Below the pieces are notes generated by a model. That model saw only the letters and a list, made by a program, of their open reading frames with translations, searched no databases and had not been told where the DNA came from. Shown here piece by piece: positions 9,355 through 17,832 of a DNA stretch of 64,000 bases. Location: the NCBI GenBank assembly GCA_036477195.1, contig JAZGCZ010000033.1, forward strand, positions 3,357 through 67,356, read 5' to 3'. The stretch's first letter is position 1; each line of letters starts with the position of its first letter. The DNA is from Anaerolineales bacterium (GTDB taxonomy: Bacteria > Chloroflexota > Anaerolineae > Anaerolineales > E44-bin32). Position numbers and translations under genes: made by a program.

Positions 9355-11025
9355 CTAATGCGATCGAAGATCCTGTATATTGAGTTGAAGACTGACCACC
9401 CCTCGGAATTCGTTTCGCTCTAGTCGGTAAGCCATTTCCAACCTGTCAGGGAGTTCGCCAATTTGCTTTCCGAAACCAAACGCAATCGCGTCGAATACCT
9501 TGCCCGAATGCCGCACTGTCAATTTAAGGTGCCTCCCGCCCTTCCCCACGACTCGCTTGGAAAGAATTTCGACTCCGGGTGTGGAGAACACTGGGTAGGG
9601 GTTGGCTTGGCCGCAAGGCTGCAGCCGATCAATAAATGCCATTAGATCGTCATCTAACTCAGCGAAATCGAGACCGACATCAATTTCTAAGCTGGGCATC
9701 AGATCCAGGCCGCTTAGATTCTTGGCTGCAAGCTCCGAGAGGCGATTCACAAAGGCCTCGCGATTTTCCGCGAGCAGTGAAAATCCGGCGGCCTGAGCAT
9801 GACCTCCGAACTTGAGAAGAAGGTCACTGCACGCTTGCAGGGCTTCAGTGATATGGAATTCAGGGATGCTGCGCGCGGATCCGGTCAGCACATCGTTCTC
9901 AATTCGGGCCACCAAGGCAGGTCGATAGAACTCCTCCGACAATCTCCCGGCCGCCAGGCCGACAACACCCTCGTGGAATTCGGCATCCACGGCTATTAGT
10001 AGATCCTCCGATTGACGACTTTCCAGCGCGATCACCCGAGCGCGCTCAAACGTCTCAATTGTCAAATCCTGTCGCTCACGGTTTAGCTGATCCAGCTTCC
10101 CAGCACTATCCCAGGCCGCGGCACCGTCCTTCGCGAGCAGCAATTCCACCGCTAGTCGTGCGTCATCAAGTCTGCCGGCCGCATTGAGACGAGGCCCTAA
10201 TCCGAATCCGATCGACGAGGAGGTGATCGAACCCTGCTCATACCCAGCGAATTCGGCAAGGGCTCGAAGACCGGGACGCGTCGCAGCGTTCAATTGCTCA
10301 ATACCTGCGGCGACGAGCTGACGGTTCTCATCTGTGAGCGGAGCCAGGTCCGCGATGGTTCCCACCGCGAGCAAATCCAGATACTTGGTGAGGTCTCCTC
10401 CTCCTGAGGACTGGATGAGGCCTTCGGCCAGCTTGTACGCCAGGCCGACGCCCGCCAATCCTTTGAATGGGTACTGGTCGTCTTCCCTGTTCGGATCGAC
10501 TACGGCCAACGCGGGGGGCAGCTCGGGGCCCGGCAAATGATGATCCGTGATAATGACATCCAACCCCTCCCCATTTGCAAATTCAACCACATCGTTAGAG
10601 CGGATCCCGCAATCGACACTTATGACCACCGCCGCTCCTCTGCTTCGTAGTTCGGAAAGCGCGGTTTCGTTTAAGCCGTATCCCTCGGTAAAGCGATTGG
10701 GTATGTACCATTCGGTGTCAAAACCCAGTGACCGAAGGACGCCTGTTAGCAGTGCGGTGGAGGTGGTGCCGTCCGCGTCATAGTCCCCGAAGACCGCCAC
10801 CTGCTCATTCCCCCGCCGAGCGGATTGCAGCCGGTCAACCGCCCGATCCATATCCTTCAGCTGGAAAGGGTCCGTTTCTTGTCCGTAACGCTTGTCCAAG
10901 TAAGTTTCGATTTCGCGTTCGGTCGTTAGTCCTCGGCGCGCCAGGATTGCATATTGAGGCGCGGTGAGCCCGGCGCCAGGATCCCGGTTGGAAAGCTCGG
11001 GGCGAATCCATCGTTTAGCAGGCAT
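9355..11025 (-). CDS. recJ: Single-stranded-DNA-specific exonuclease RecJ
   Basis: 556 aa. DHH-family motifs are present: VAVFGDYDADGTTS, ISVDCG, ITDHH, GGHAQAAG. Confidence 0.92.
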   Translation of the reverse strand: MPAKRWIRPELSNRDPGAGLTAPQYAILARRGLTTEREIETYLDKRYGQETDPFQLKDMDRAVDRLQSARRGNEQVAVFGDYDADGTTSTALLTGVLRSLGFDTEWYIPNRFTEGYGLNETALSELRSRGAAVVISVDCGIRSNDVVEFANGEGLDVIITDHHLPGPELPPALAVVDPNREDDQYPFKGLAGVGLAYKLAEGLIQSSGGGDLTKYLDLLAVGTIADLAPLTDENRQLVAAGIEQLNAATRPGLRALAEFAGYEQGSITSSSIGFGLGPRLNAAGRLDDARLAVELLLAKDGAAAWDSAGKLDQLNRERQDLTIETFERARVIALESRQSEDLLIAVDAEFHEGVVGLAAGRLSEEFYRPALVARIENDVLTGSARSIPEFHITEALQACSDLLLKFGGHAQAAGFSLLAENREAFVNRLSELAAKNLSGLDLMPSLEIDVGLDFAELDDDLMAFIDRLQPCGQANPYPVFSTPGVEILSKRVVGKGGRHLKLTVRHSGKVFDAIAFGFGKQIGELPDRLEMAYRLERNEFRGVVSLQLNIQDLRSH

Positions 11026-11113
11026 CTAAGTCACTCAACTGTGCGGAAGGATGTTCACGGACGCGAAGCGGCCCGCGTCGAGGCGGGCCGCCGTTCAGCG
11101 AATTCTGGGTCCG

Positions 11114-11446
11114 CTAAGCCCAACCTTGGTTCTTGACGAAGTCGGTGATCACCGGGATGTTGACGTGCTCCCCTTGATAGGCCTTGATGCCCCAGTAGAC
11201 ACCGATGGCCCACATTAGAAATGAGGGAACAAACAGGCAAATGACGCCCACGATGGAGACCAGTACAATGAGAATGCCCCAGATCAGAGCCTGCGCATTG
11301 TGCGCACGGATGAATGGCCTACTCTTCTTATCTTCCATCAGCAGGATAATGATCGGTGACAACGGAGTCAGCACGTATGCCAGCAACGCCACAAGCTTGT
11401 CGTCACTGGTCACTCCGGTATCCGCCTTCGGTTCTTCGCTCATCAT
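11114..11446 (-). CDS. Small membrane protein, DUF4870-like
   Basis: 110 aa. The pattern DKLVALLAYVLTPLSPIIILLMEDKKSRPFIRAHNAQALIWGI, with two or three TM helices, resembles the DUF4870 family. Confidence 0.55.
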   Translation of the reverse strand: MMSEEPKADTGVTSDDKLVALLAYVLTPLSPIIILLMEDKKSRPFIRAHNAQALIWGILIVLVSIVGVICLFVPSFLMWAIGVYWGIKAYQGEHVNIPVITDFVKNQGWA

Positions 11447-11548
11447 TGACCTCCTAGTTGCTCGGGATTACTCGAACTGTAAGCTGATGTCCTTAACTCT
11501 ACAACCCCTTTGAACGGTGGAGGTTGCTTGGAGTTCAGTTGGGCCGTG

Positions 11549-11557
11549 TGCTAGCAT
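11549..11557 (+). promoter_or_regulatory. Candidate extended -10 promoter (TGcTAGCAT) giving a leaderless fmt transcript
   Basis: The -10 box ends at 11557 and the fmt ATG is at 11564, with no SD in between. Confidence 0.35.
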
Positions 11558-11563
11558 TGGGCA

Positions 11564-12487
11564 ATGCGCGTAGTGTTCATGGGCTCGCCGCCGTTTGCAT
11601 TGCCAAGCTTAGAGGCGCTTGCCAAGGACTATTCGGTCGTAACCGTAGTCAGCCAACCCGACCGACCTGCCGGTCGCGGCCGGGAGCGCACCGCCCCTGC
11701 GACCAAAATCTTCGCATTAGAGGTGGGCCTCCCCGTTTTTCAACCAGAGCGCCTTCGGGATCCCGATGCAATCAGCCGGATCGCTGATCTCAAGCCTGAA
11801 ATGCTCGTCGTGGCCGCATACGGTCAAATCCTGCCTCAGAGCCTGCTCGACCTGCCTGAGAATGGAAGCCTGAATGTGCACGCTTCTCTATTGCCACGCT
11901 GGCGAGGGGCAGCACCGATCCAGGCCTCCATTCGCGATGGGGACAAGGAAACGGGTGTCACCATCATGCAAATGGATGCCGGTCTCGACACCGGACCTAT
12001 TGTAGATCAGCGCGCGATCAGGATCGAGATCGAAGACACAGGCGGCGCACTAACCGAGCGCCTATCACAAATTGGTGCAAAACTGCTCATCGAAACGATT
12101 CCCCCATATCTTGCGGGCACCATTGTCCCACGGCCTCAAGACGATACGCTTGCTACTCACGCCCCAATGCTAAGCAAGCATGATGGAGAGCTTGACCTTA
12201 GAGCAACCGCGGAGCAATTGGCTCGTCAAATACGCGCATTTGACCCCTGGCCCGGAACTTTCGTCATGTGGGGAGGACGAAGGCTAGCTGTCAAGCGTGC
12301 TCACACCGCTTCACGAAACGGCACCGCAACCGGCAAAGTGACGGTGATCGAAAATACTCCCTCGATTGCCACTCGCGAAGGCGCGCTGGTGCTCGACGTC
12401 GTTCAGCCGGCCGGTAAACGCGAGATGTCGGGAGAAGCCTTCATCCACGGCTCGCCTGATTTCGTGGGCGCTCAGCTACCCATTTAG
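11564..12487 (+). CDS. fmt: Methionyl-tRNA formyltransferase
   Basis: 307 aa. MRVVFMGSPPFALPSLEAL...SQPDRPAGRG...NVHASLLPRWRGAAPIQ matches canonical Fmt motifs. Confidence 0.93.
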   Translation: MRVVFMGSPPFALPSLEALAKDYSVVTVVSQPDRPAGRGRERTAPATKIFALEVGLPVFQPERLRDPDAISRIADLKPEMLVVAAYGQILPQSLLDLPENGSLNVHASLLPRWRGAAPIQASIRDGDKETGVTIMQMDAGLDTGPIVDQRAIRIEIEDTGGALTERLSQIGAKLLIETIPPYLAGTIVPRPQDDTLATHAPMLSKHDGELDLRATAEQLARQIRAFDPWPGTFVMWGGRRLAVKRAHTASRNGTATGKVTVIENTPSIATREGALVLDVVQPAGKREMSGEAFIHGSPDFVGAQLPI

Positions 12488-12493
12488 CTAATT

Positions 12494-12967
12494 ATGGACC
12501 TGCAAATCATTAGAACCCGGCATCCACCAGATGCCTATCTGGAACAGCTCGCCACGATTCTCCAATCTGAAACGCCAGATATCAATCTAGACGATCTCAG
12601 GCGTAGATTGGAGCTCCTGCCCGGAGACGATCGGTTTTTCCTTGCCTTGGATGGCGAATTCCTCATTGGCTATGCGCATTTAAGCCTGGCCCACGATCTG
12701 GCAAGCGATGATACCGTGGAACTGCTCAACATCATCGTATCTATAAAGCTGCGCAGGCAGGGAGTGGGCCACCGGTTGATGACGGCCGCTGAGACCTGGG
12801 CCTCCCAAGCTGAACGCGCCAAGTTGGTCTTGCGGGCAGATGTCGTGCGGAGTGAGGCTCTAGCGTTTTTTTCTTCCTTGGGCTATTTGCAATCCGGCAC
12901 TTCTCAAGAATACGTCCGCGATCTGGATGCCACGCGCCGAGCTGAAGCTCCCACTCAGCCTCAGTAG
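12494..12967 (+). CDS. GNAT-family N-acetyltransferase
   Basis: 157 aa. The acetyl-CoA binding-like segment is IVSIKLRRQGVGHRLMTAAE. Confidence 0.75.
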   Translation: MDLQIIRTRHPPDAYLEQLATILQSETPDINLDDLRRRLELLPGDDRFFLALDGEFLIGYAHLSLAHDLASDDTVELLNIIVSIKLRRQGVGHRLMTAAETWASQAERAKLVLRADVVRSEALAFFSSLGYLQSGTSQEYVRDLDATRRAEAPTQPQ

Positions 12968-12978
12968 GTCAGTCACAA

Positions 12979-14574
12979 ATGCAGAATGCCTCGATTTACT
13001 TCCACAATGGGCGCATCCACATTGATCCGCATTCCTCGAAAATAGTTGAAGCACTCTATATCAAGAATGGTCGTGTGCGAGCTTTTGGATCCGCGGATGA
13101 TGTTGAGTTGACCGTCGGCTCGAACACCCAACCGGTCGACCTTGGCGGAAAAACCGTCATCCCAGGCTTAATTGATGCCCATATTCACCTTGAAAAATAC
13201 GCCCGCTCGCTCAATATGATCGATTGCGAACAGCCAACGGTGGCCGGGTGTTTAGAACTCATCAGAAAGCGGGCAGCCAGCTCCCCGAAGGACTCCTGGA
13301 TCCTCGGTCATGGCTGGAACCAAAACACTTGGGGGGCTTTTGGCAAACTGGACGAATTAGATGAGGCCGTTCCAAGCCAACCAGCGTATCTCACCGCGAA
13401 GTCACTACACATGGCATGGGTAAATTCGAGAGCCCTTCAGACCTCCGGCATCGACGATTCGACACCGGATCCGGAGGATGGAGCAATCCAGCGAGACGAC
13501 AGCGGGAAAGCCACCGGCATTCTTCTCGAAGGCGCTATGCGCCTGGTGGCGGCTCACATCCCTGCCCCAACTGCTGAGCAGCTAGCGGACGACCTCTCGG
13601 CCGCGCAAAATAGGCTTTCGCGGCTCGGGCTGACCGGCGTTCACGACTTTGATGGTCCGGCGTGCCTTCGCGCGCTTCAGATAATGCGCGAACGCGGAGT
13701 ACTGCAATTGCGGGTCTTGAAAAACATTCCCGTTTCTAAGCTGGCCTCAGCGCGCGATCTTGGGCTTCGAAGCGGCTTTGGGGATTCCTGGATTCGCATC
13801 GGCAATATTAAGGTTTTCGCAGATGGCGCTCTGGGACCTCGAACTGCGGCAATGCTGCAGCCCTATGAGGGCGAAACAGAGAACCGGGGAATGCTGCTTC
13901 TGGATGGCGAAGCATTAGTAGAGATTTTCGAAGACGCGGCGATTTCGGGGTTCGGAATGACGGTGCATGCCATCGGCGACCGCGCAAATCATGAAGTCCT
14001 GAACGCATACGGCCTACTTCGGAAATATGAGAAAGAGCATAGCCTTCCTCAAAGGCGGCACCGCATCGAGCATTTGCAGGTCCTTCATCCGGATGACCTG
14101 GTACGCCCCTCCGAGCTTGATGTTGTCGTTTCGATGCAGCCGATCCATGCGACTTCAGATATGGAAATGGCGGATCGATATTGGGGCGACCGTACTGCGC
14201 AGGCCTATGCCTGGCGTTCCCAGCTCGAAAAGGGTGCCCGCCTGGCATTTGGTTCGGATGCGCCGGTTGAGATTCCCGATCCCATCCAGGGCCTGGCGGC
14301 GGCGGTTACACGCCGGCTTGAGGATGGCAGCCCAGGAGTCGATGGTTGGGTGCCTGATCAGCGTATCGGCATCGGAGAAGCCCTTGCTGCCTACACCACC
14401 GGTGCTGCTTACGCGGCCGGAACCGAATCCTGGCAGGGTCAGCTCGGTTCGGGCTACGCAGCCGATCTCGTGGTGCTGAGTCAAGATCCATTCGAGGTTG
14501 ACAGCGACGAATTATCGGAATTGACGGTACTGGGTACGATGGTCGGTGGAGACTGGAGCTATCGAGGTTTTTAG
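12979..14574 (+). CDS. Amidohydrolase-3 family metal-dependent hydrolase (YtcJ-like)
   Basis: 531 aa. It has PGLIDAHIHL (an HxH metal site), internal HAIGD, and C-terminal GSDAPVE motifs. Confidence 0.8.
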   Translation: MQNASIYFHNGRIHIDPHSSKIVEALYIKNGRVRAFGSADDVELTVGSNTQPVDLGGKTVIPGLIDAHIHLEKYARSLNMIDCEQPTVAGCLELIRKRAASSPKDSWILGHGWNQNTWGAFGKLDELDEAVPSQPAYLTAKSLHMAWVNSRALQTSGIDDSTPDPEDGAIQRDDSGKATGILLEGAMRLVAAHIPAPTAEQLADDLSAAQNRLSRLGLTGVHDFDGPACLRALQIMRERGVLQLRVLKNIPVSKLASARDLGLRSGFGDSWIRIGNIKVFADGALGPRTAAMLQPYEGETENRGMLLLDGEALVEIFEDAAISGFGMTVHAIGDRANHEVLNAYGLLRKYEKEHSLPQRRHRIEHLQVLHPDDLVRPSELDVVVSMQPIHATSDMEMADRYWGDRTAQAYAWRSQLEKGARLAFGSDAPVEIPDPIQGLAAAVTRRLEDGSPGVDGWVPDQRIGIGEALAAYTTGAAYAAGTESWQGQLGSGYAADLVVLSQDPFEVDSDELSELTVLGTMVGGDWSYRGF

Positions 14575-14584
14575 CCGTGCCCGG

Positions 14585-14716
14585 CCCGCACCAGGCGACG
14601 ATGCTCGTCGCGGGGGAACGTCAATCTGGCTGGGAACGCACGAGGCGACGATGCTCGTCGCGGGGGAACGTCACTCTGGCTGAGAACGCACGAGGCGACG
14701 AGCATCACCGTCGCGG
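14585..14716. repeat. Tandem 50-bp repeat duplicating the 3' end of selB
   Basis: Units at 14593-14642 and 14643-14692 differ at 2 positions. A diverged third unit (14693-about 14716) is the authentic selB coding end. Each extra unit carries the hairpin GCGACGA-TGC-TCGTCGC. Confidence 0.85.
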
Positions 14717-16563
14717 AAAGTCAGGCCAATTGAGTCGAGGTGCTCCATAAGCGTCAATGCGTATTTGCGAGATGTCTCGAACATGTCCCGGACTTGCGCC
14801 ACGGTAATTTCTCCTTCTGCTTGTAGCCGCTCGGTGATGCGATCTATCATCTCCACATAGCTTTCTTGCAAAAACACCACTCCTTCCCCCACATTTACCA
14901 GCTGGCCGTTTTCGATCAAACCGTCTAGCAGATCGCCGCCGATTGACTCTCGACTCTCCTTAAGGCTCGGAGGACTGTATGGATTGTTGGCAAACCGCTC
15001 CAAGAGAGACCCTAAGCTACGCTCCTGGTCCGCCGAGTAGACAATCTCAAATTCCGCCAGCCGCACCCGATTGCCGATCCTGCTGACGATTTCGTGGTTG
15101 GCAAGTGCATCCAGCAGCTCGCTGCCTGAGTATCCGATGCGGTTCCGAAACTCCTCTACCAACATTCCCCCTCGTAGGGGGTGCTCCCGGTGGAATGCTC
15201 CAAGCACGTCCTCGGTGCGAGAAACGTAGCTCTCCCACGCATCGAAACTCAGCGCGAGCCAGTGTTCTGGAGGGACTCTCTCGTTCAATAGGACGAGCTC
15301 ACCAGCTTCCTGAAGTCTTTGTATTTCTTCAGCGGCCGCGGTCGGGGACATTCCAGCTTCTTGCGCGGCATCCTTCAAACCTGTTGGTACCGGCCCGGTA
15401 ATTGACGCTAGAAGCACCTCCTTAGGAGAACCACTCATGAGCCGCTTCAAACCTTCAATCACGGCATCGTCCGCTCGCTTGTGACGACCGACCGGGTACG
15501 GGTCTGCGATTCGTCCGCCTCCCAGAGTGGCCCCGGGGGACGGCTGGCGAAGAATGAAATGGTCCCCACGCCTGACAGCCACGGGCTTCTCCATTTCCAG
15601 CTGCAGCCACCCATGTTCGCCACCTTTCAGTGGCGCCACCTGGAGCAGTCGCACCCGAGCTATCCGCTGTGCCGAACCGGAATAAAACTTGACGGTCGTA
15701 TTGTGGCGGATCGCAATTCCGCTATTCTCAAGCGCCCGAAATTGAACATCCAGCCTTGAGCTGGGTGCGTCAGTTCCCGGCAAGGAAACCACGTCCCCTC
15801 GTTCGATCTGATCGACACTCGCACCGGTGATATTGGCAGCTACTCGACTTCCCGGCTCCGCCACCTCAACCGTTTCCTTGTGAGTCTGAAGGCCTCGAAT
15901 TCTTGCGCCAATTCGGTGCGGCAAGATCTCGATTTCCTGTCCCTTTTCAAGCGGACCATCCAGTAACGTTCCGGTCACCACGGTTCCGAACCCCGCAATC
16001 GTAAATGCGCGATCAATTGGGAGCCTGGGGCGCTGCGAGCTTGGTCGCGCTCTCGCCGATTCCAGCACCGAATCCAAGACATCGAGTAGCTCTGAAGTTC
16101 CTTCCCCGGTTACGGCGGAAACACGCACCATCGGAGCATCCCCAAAGCGCGTTTCGCTCAGCAGCGCACGTGTATCTTCTTCGACCAAATCGATCCATTC
16201 CAGTTCCTGGACGAGATCGATGCGGGTGTGAGCCACGACCAGAGCTTCGATTTCTAATAGATCTAAGATTGCCAGATGCTCTCGGGTTTGAGGCATAATG
16301 CCCTCATCGGCCGCAATCACAAGCAGCGCCGCATCTATGCCTCCCACGCCCGCCAACATGTTCTCAATAAAATCACGATGGCCTGGGACATCGATAAATC
16401 CCAGGCCTTCTCCGCTCGGCAACGTCATCCAGGCGAAGCCGAGATCAATCGTCATCTGCCGATCCTTTTCCTCTTGCAGCCTGTCAGGATCTATTCCCGT
16501 AAGGGCTTGTACCAACGTGGATTTTCCATGATCCACGTGACCGGCGGTTCCAATTACTCTCAT
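14671..16563 (-). CDS. selB: Selenocysteine-specific translation elongation factor SelB
   Basis: 630 aa. MRVIGTAGHVDHGKSTLVQALTGIDPDRLQEEKDRQMTIDLGFAW...FIDVPGHRDFIENMLAGVGGIDAALLVIAADEGIMPQTREHLAIL is collinear with the E. coli SelB G-domain. The long C-terminal extension is consistent with winged-helix SECIS-binding domains. Confidence 0.9.
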   Translation of the reverse strand: MRVIGTAGHVDHGKSTLVQALTGIDPDRLQEEKDRQMTIDLGFAWMTLPSGEGLGFIDVPGHRDFIENMLAGVGGIDAALLVIAADEGIMPQTREHLAILDLLEIEALVVAHTRIDLVQELEWIDLVEEDTRALLSETRFGDAPMVRVSAVTGEGTSELLDVLDSVLESARARPSSQRPRLPIDRAFTIAGFGTVVTGTLLDGPLEKGQEIEILPHRIGARIRGLQTHKETVEVAEPGSRVAANITGASVDQIERGDVVSLPGTDAPSSRLDVQFRALENSGIAIRHNTTVKFYSGSAQRIARVRLLQVAPLKGGEHGWLQLEMEKPVAVRRGDHFILRQPSPGATLGGGRIADPYPVGRHKRADDAVIEGLKRLMSGSPKEVLLASITGPVPTGLKDAAQEAGMSPTAAAEEIQRLQEAGELVLLNERVPPEHWLALSFDAWESYVSRTEDVLGAFHREHPLRGGMLVEEFRNRIGYSGSELLDALANHEIVSRIGNRVRLAEFEIVYSADQERSLGSLLERFANNPYSPPSLKESRESIGGDLLDGLIENGQLVNVGEGVVFLQESYVEMIDRITERLQAEGEITVAQVRDMFETSRKYALTLMEHLDSIGLTFRDGDARRLVRSQPE

Positions 16564-16578
16564 GGTTTAGAAGCTCAT

Positions 16579-17748
16579 CTAGCCATCAATGTCTCGAAGC
16601 TCTGCTCCCCACTCCTGCACCAGGGCCACGAGATCCGAAACCCTCCCTTTGCTGGATCGATCTAATTCGTCGATACTCGAAATGGCGGTCTCCAGGCGAA
16701 GCTGAAGCTCCTTGAGCTGTTCCGACATGGAGCCATGTTTGCGATCATGGTCCCTCCATTGCTCCTCAGAACTCAGCTTGAAGCTGCTCCATCGTTTCTG
16801 CTCATCCGCCTGGAAGGTCAACCACTCTTGCTTGAATCTGTCGTCGCCTAATCTTTGAATTTCGCTTACTTCCTCAATCCGTCGGTCGAGTCGTTCAACG
16901 ACCTCTTTGAGTTCGTCCCGTAACAATCGCAGTCCGCGGTGAGTTTCCTCATACGATTCGATTCGGTCTTTCAGATCGTCGGATTGAATCTCGAACTCCG
17001 CAAACCGCTTTTCCCATGCATTCCAGGCTCGCTCGAATTCGGCCAGCCGAGCAGCCTGCTGCTCAGTCCAGAGAGTCTGAGACTGACGGAGCTCCTTCTC
17101 GCTCAGCTCAAGGATTTCGGTTCTGGTTGCGAGCTTCCGGAGCTGGTCTTCCGAAGAGTCTGTTAGGCTGCGCTGCTCATCTACTCTCTTTGAAATCGAA
17201 GACCGATGGCTCTCCAGCTCATTAATGCGCTGAGTATTTTTATCTCTACCTTCTCTGACTCCTAATGCGGTGCGTTGCTCGTTTTCGATTGCAGCAGTTG
17301 TCTGGTTGATCTTCTTGTCAATTCCATCAACCGCCCGGCTGAGGCGTAACCCTTCGCGCTTCCGCGATTCAAGCGCTTCATTGATTCGGTCCAGCTCCTT
17401 TAGTTTGATTCTCATGTCGTCAAGCTCTTCCACAATCTTCTTTTGATCGATTGTGCGTAATGAGTCGAGCTGCTTTTCCCGCGCGATTCGTCGCTCGTCC
17501 TGAGTATCGAGCTGCTGCAGAATCTCAGAGCGATGTTTGGCGATCGTCTCGTCGTAATGGCGTATCCGAGCTTCAAGCGCAGGAATTCGAGCTACTTCCC
17601 CAGCGAGATCTTGGAGCTGTTGAGATTGTTGTCTTGCGGACTCGCCAAGCGCCTCCAGTAGCTCCTCCAGGCGCGTAACTTCTTCGGCGTCCTTTCGCCG
17701 CTGTTCGTCCAGCCACGAAACTCTCTTATCTATCTGCTCAGTTTCCAA
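16579..17748 (-). CDS. Coiled-coil protein of unknown function
   Basis: 389 aa. It is rich in E, R, Q and L with heptad-like periodicity throughout, and has no nucleotide-binding motifs or TM segments. selB starts 15 nt downstream. Confidence 0.6.
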   Translation of the reverse strand: METEQIDKRVSWLDEQRRKDAEEVTRLEELLEALGESARQQSQQLQDLAGEVARIPALEARIRHYDETIAKHRSEILQQLDTQDERRIAREKQLDSLRTIDQKKIVEELDDMRIKLKELDRINEALESRKREGLRLSRAVDGIDKKINQTTAAIENEQRTALGVREGRDKNTQRINELESHRSSISKRVDEQRSLTDSSEDQLRKLATRTEILELSEKELRQSQTLWTEQQAARLAEFERAWNAWEKRFAEFEIQSDDLKDRIESYEETHRGLRLLRDELKEVVERLDRRIEEVSEIQRLGDDRFKQEWLTFQADEQKRWSSFKLSSEEQWRDHDRKHGSMSEQLKELQLRLETAISSIDELDRSSKGRVSDLVALVQEWGAELRDIDG

Positions 17749-17832
17749 CCGTCCTCCCGGGGCGCCAAAAGGCCTTGAAGCCTTAAAAACACGCGCTTTT
17801 CGAGTATAGCATGTGGCCTTGCACCATTCCGA

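Noticed and set aside
11068-11091. The GC-rich hairpin GCGGCCCGC-gtcgag-GCGGGCCGC between the DUF4870-like gene and recJ as an intrinsic terminator.
   Set aside because: The 9-bp stem is perfect, but there is no U-tract on either strand. Its function is undetermined, so I do not call it a terminator.
14575-14670. tRNA-Sec (selC) hidden downstream of selB.
   Set aside because: I found no cloverleaf, no TCA anticodon loop and no GGTTCGAnTCC T-arm. The segment is a duplicated selB 3' end.
16579-17748. The coiled-coil protein as an SMC/RecN-type ATPase or a chemoreceptor.
   Set aside because: There are no Walker A/B or signature motifs, no TM segments, and no HAMP or signalling-domain motifs. 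Only heptad-rich sequence is present.
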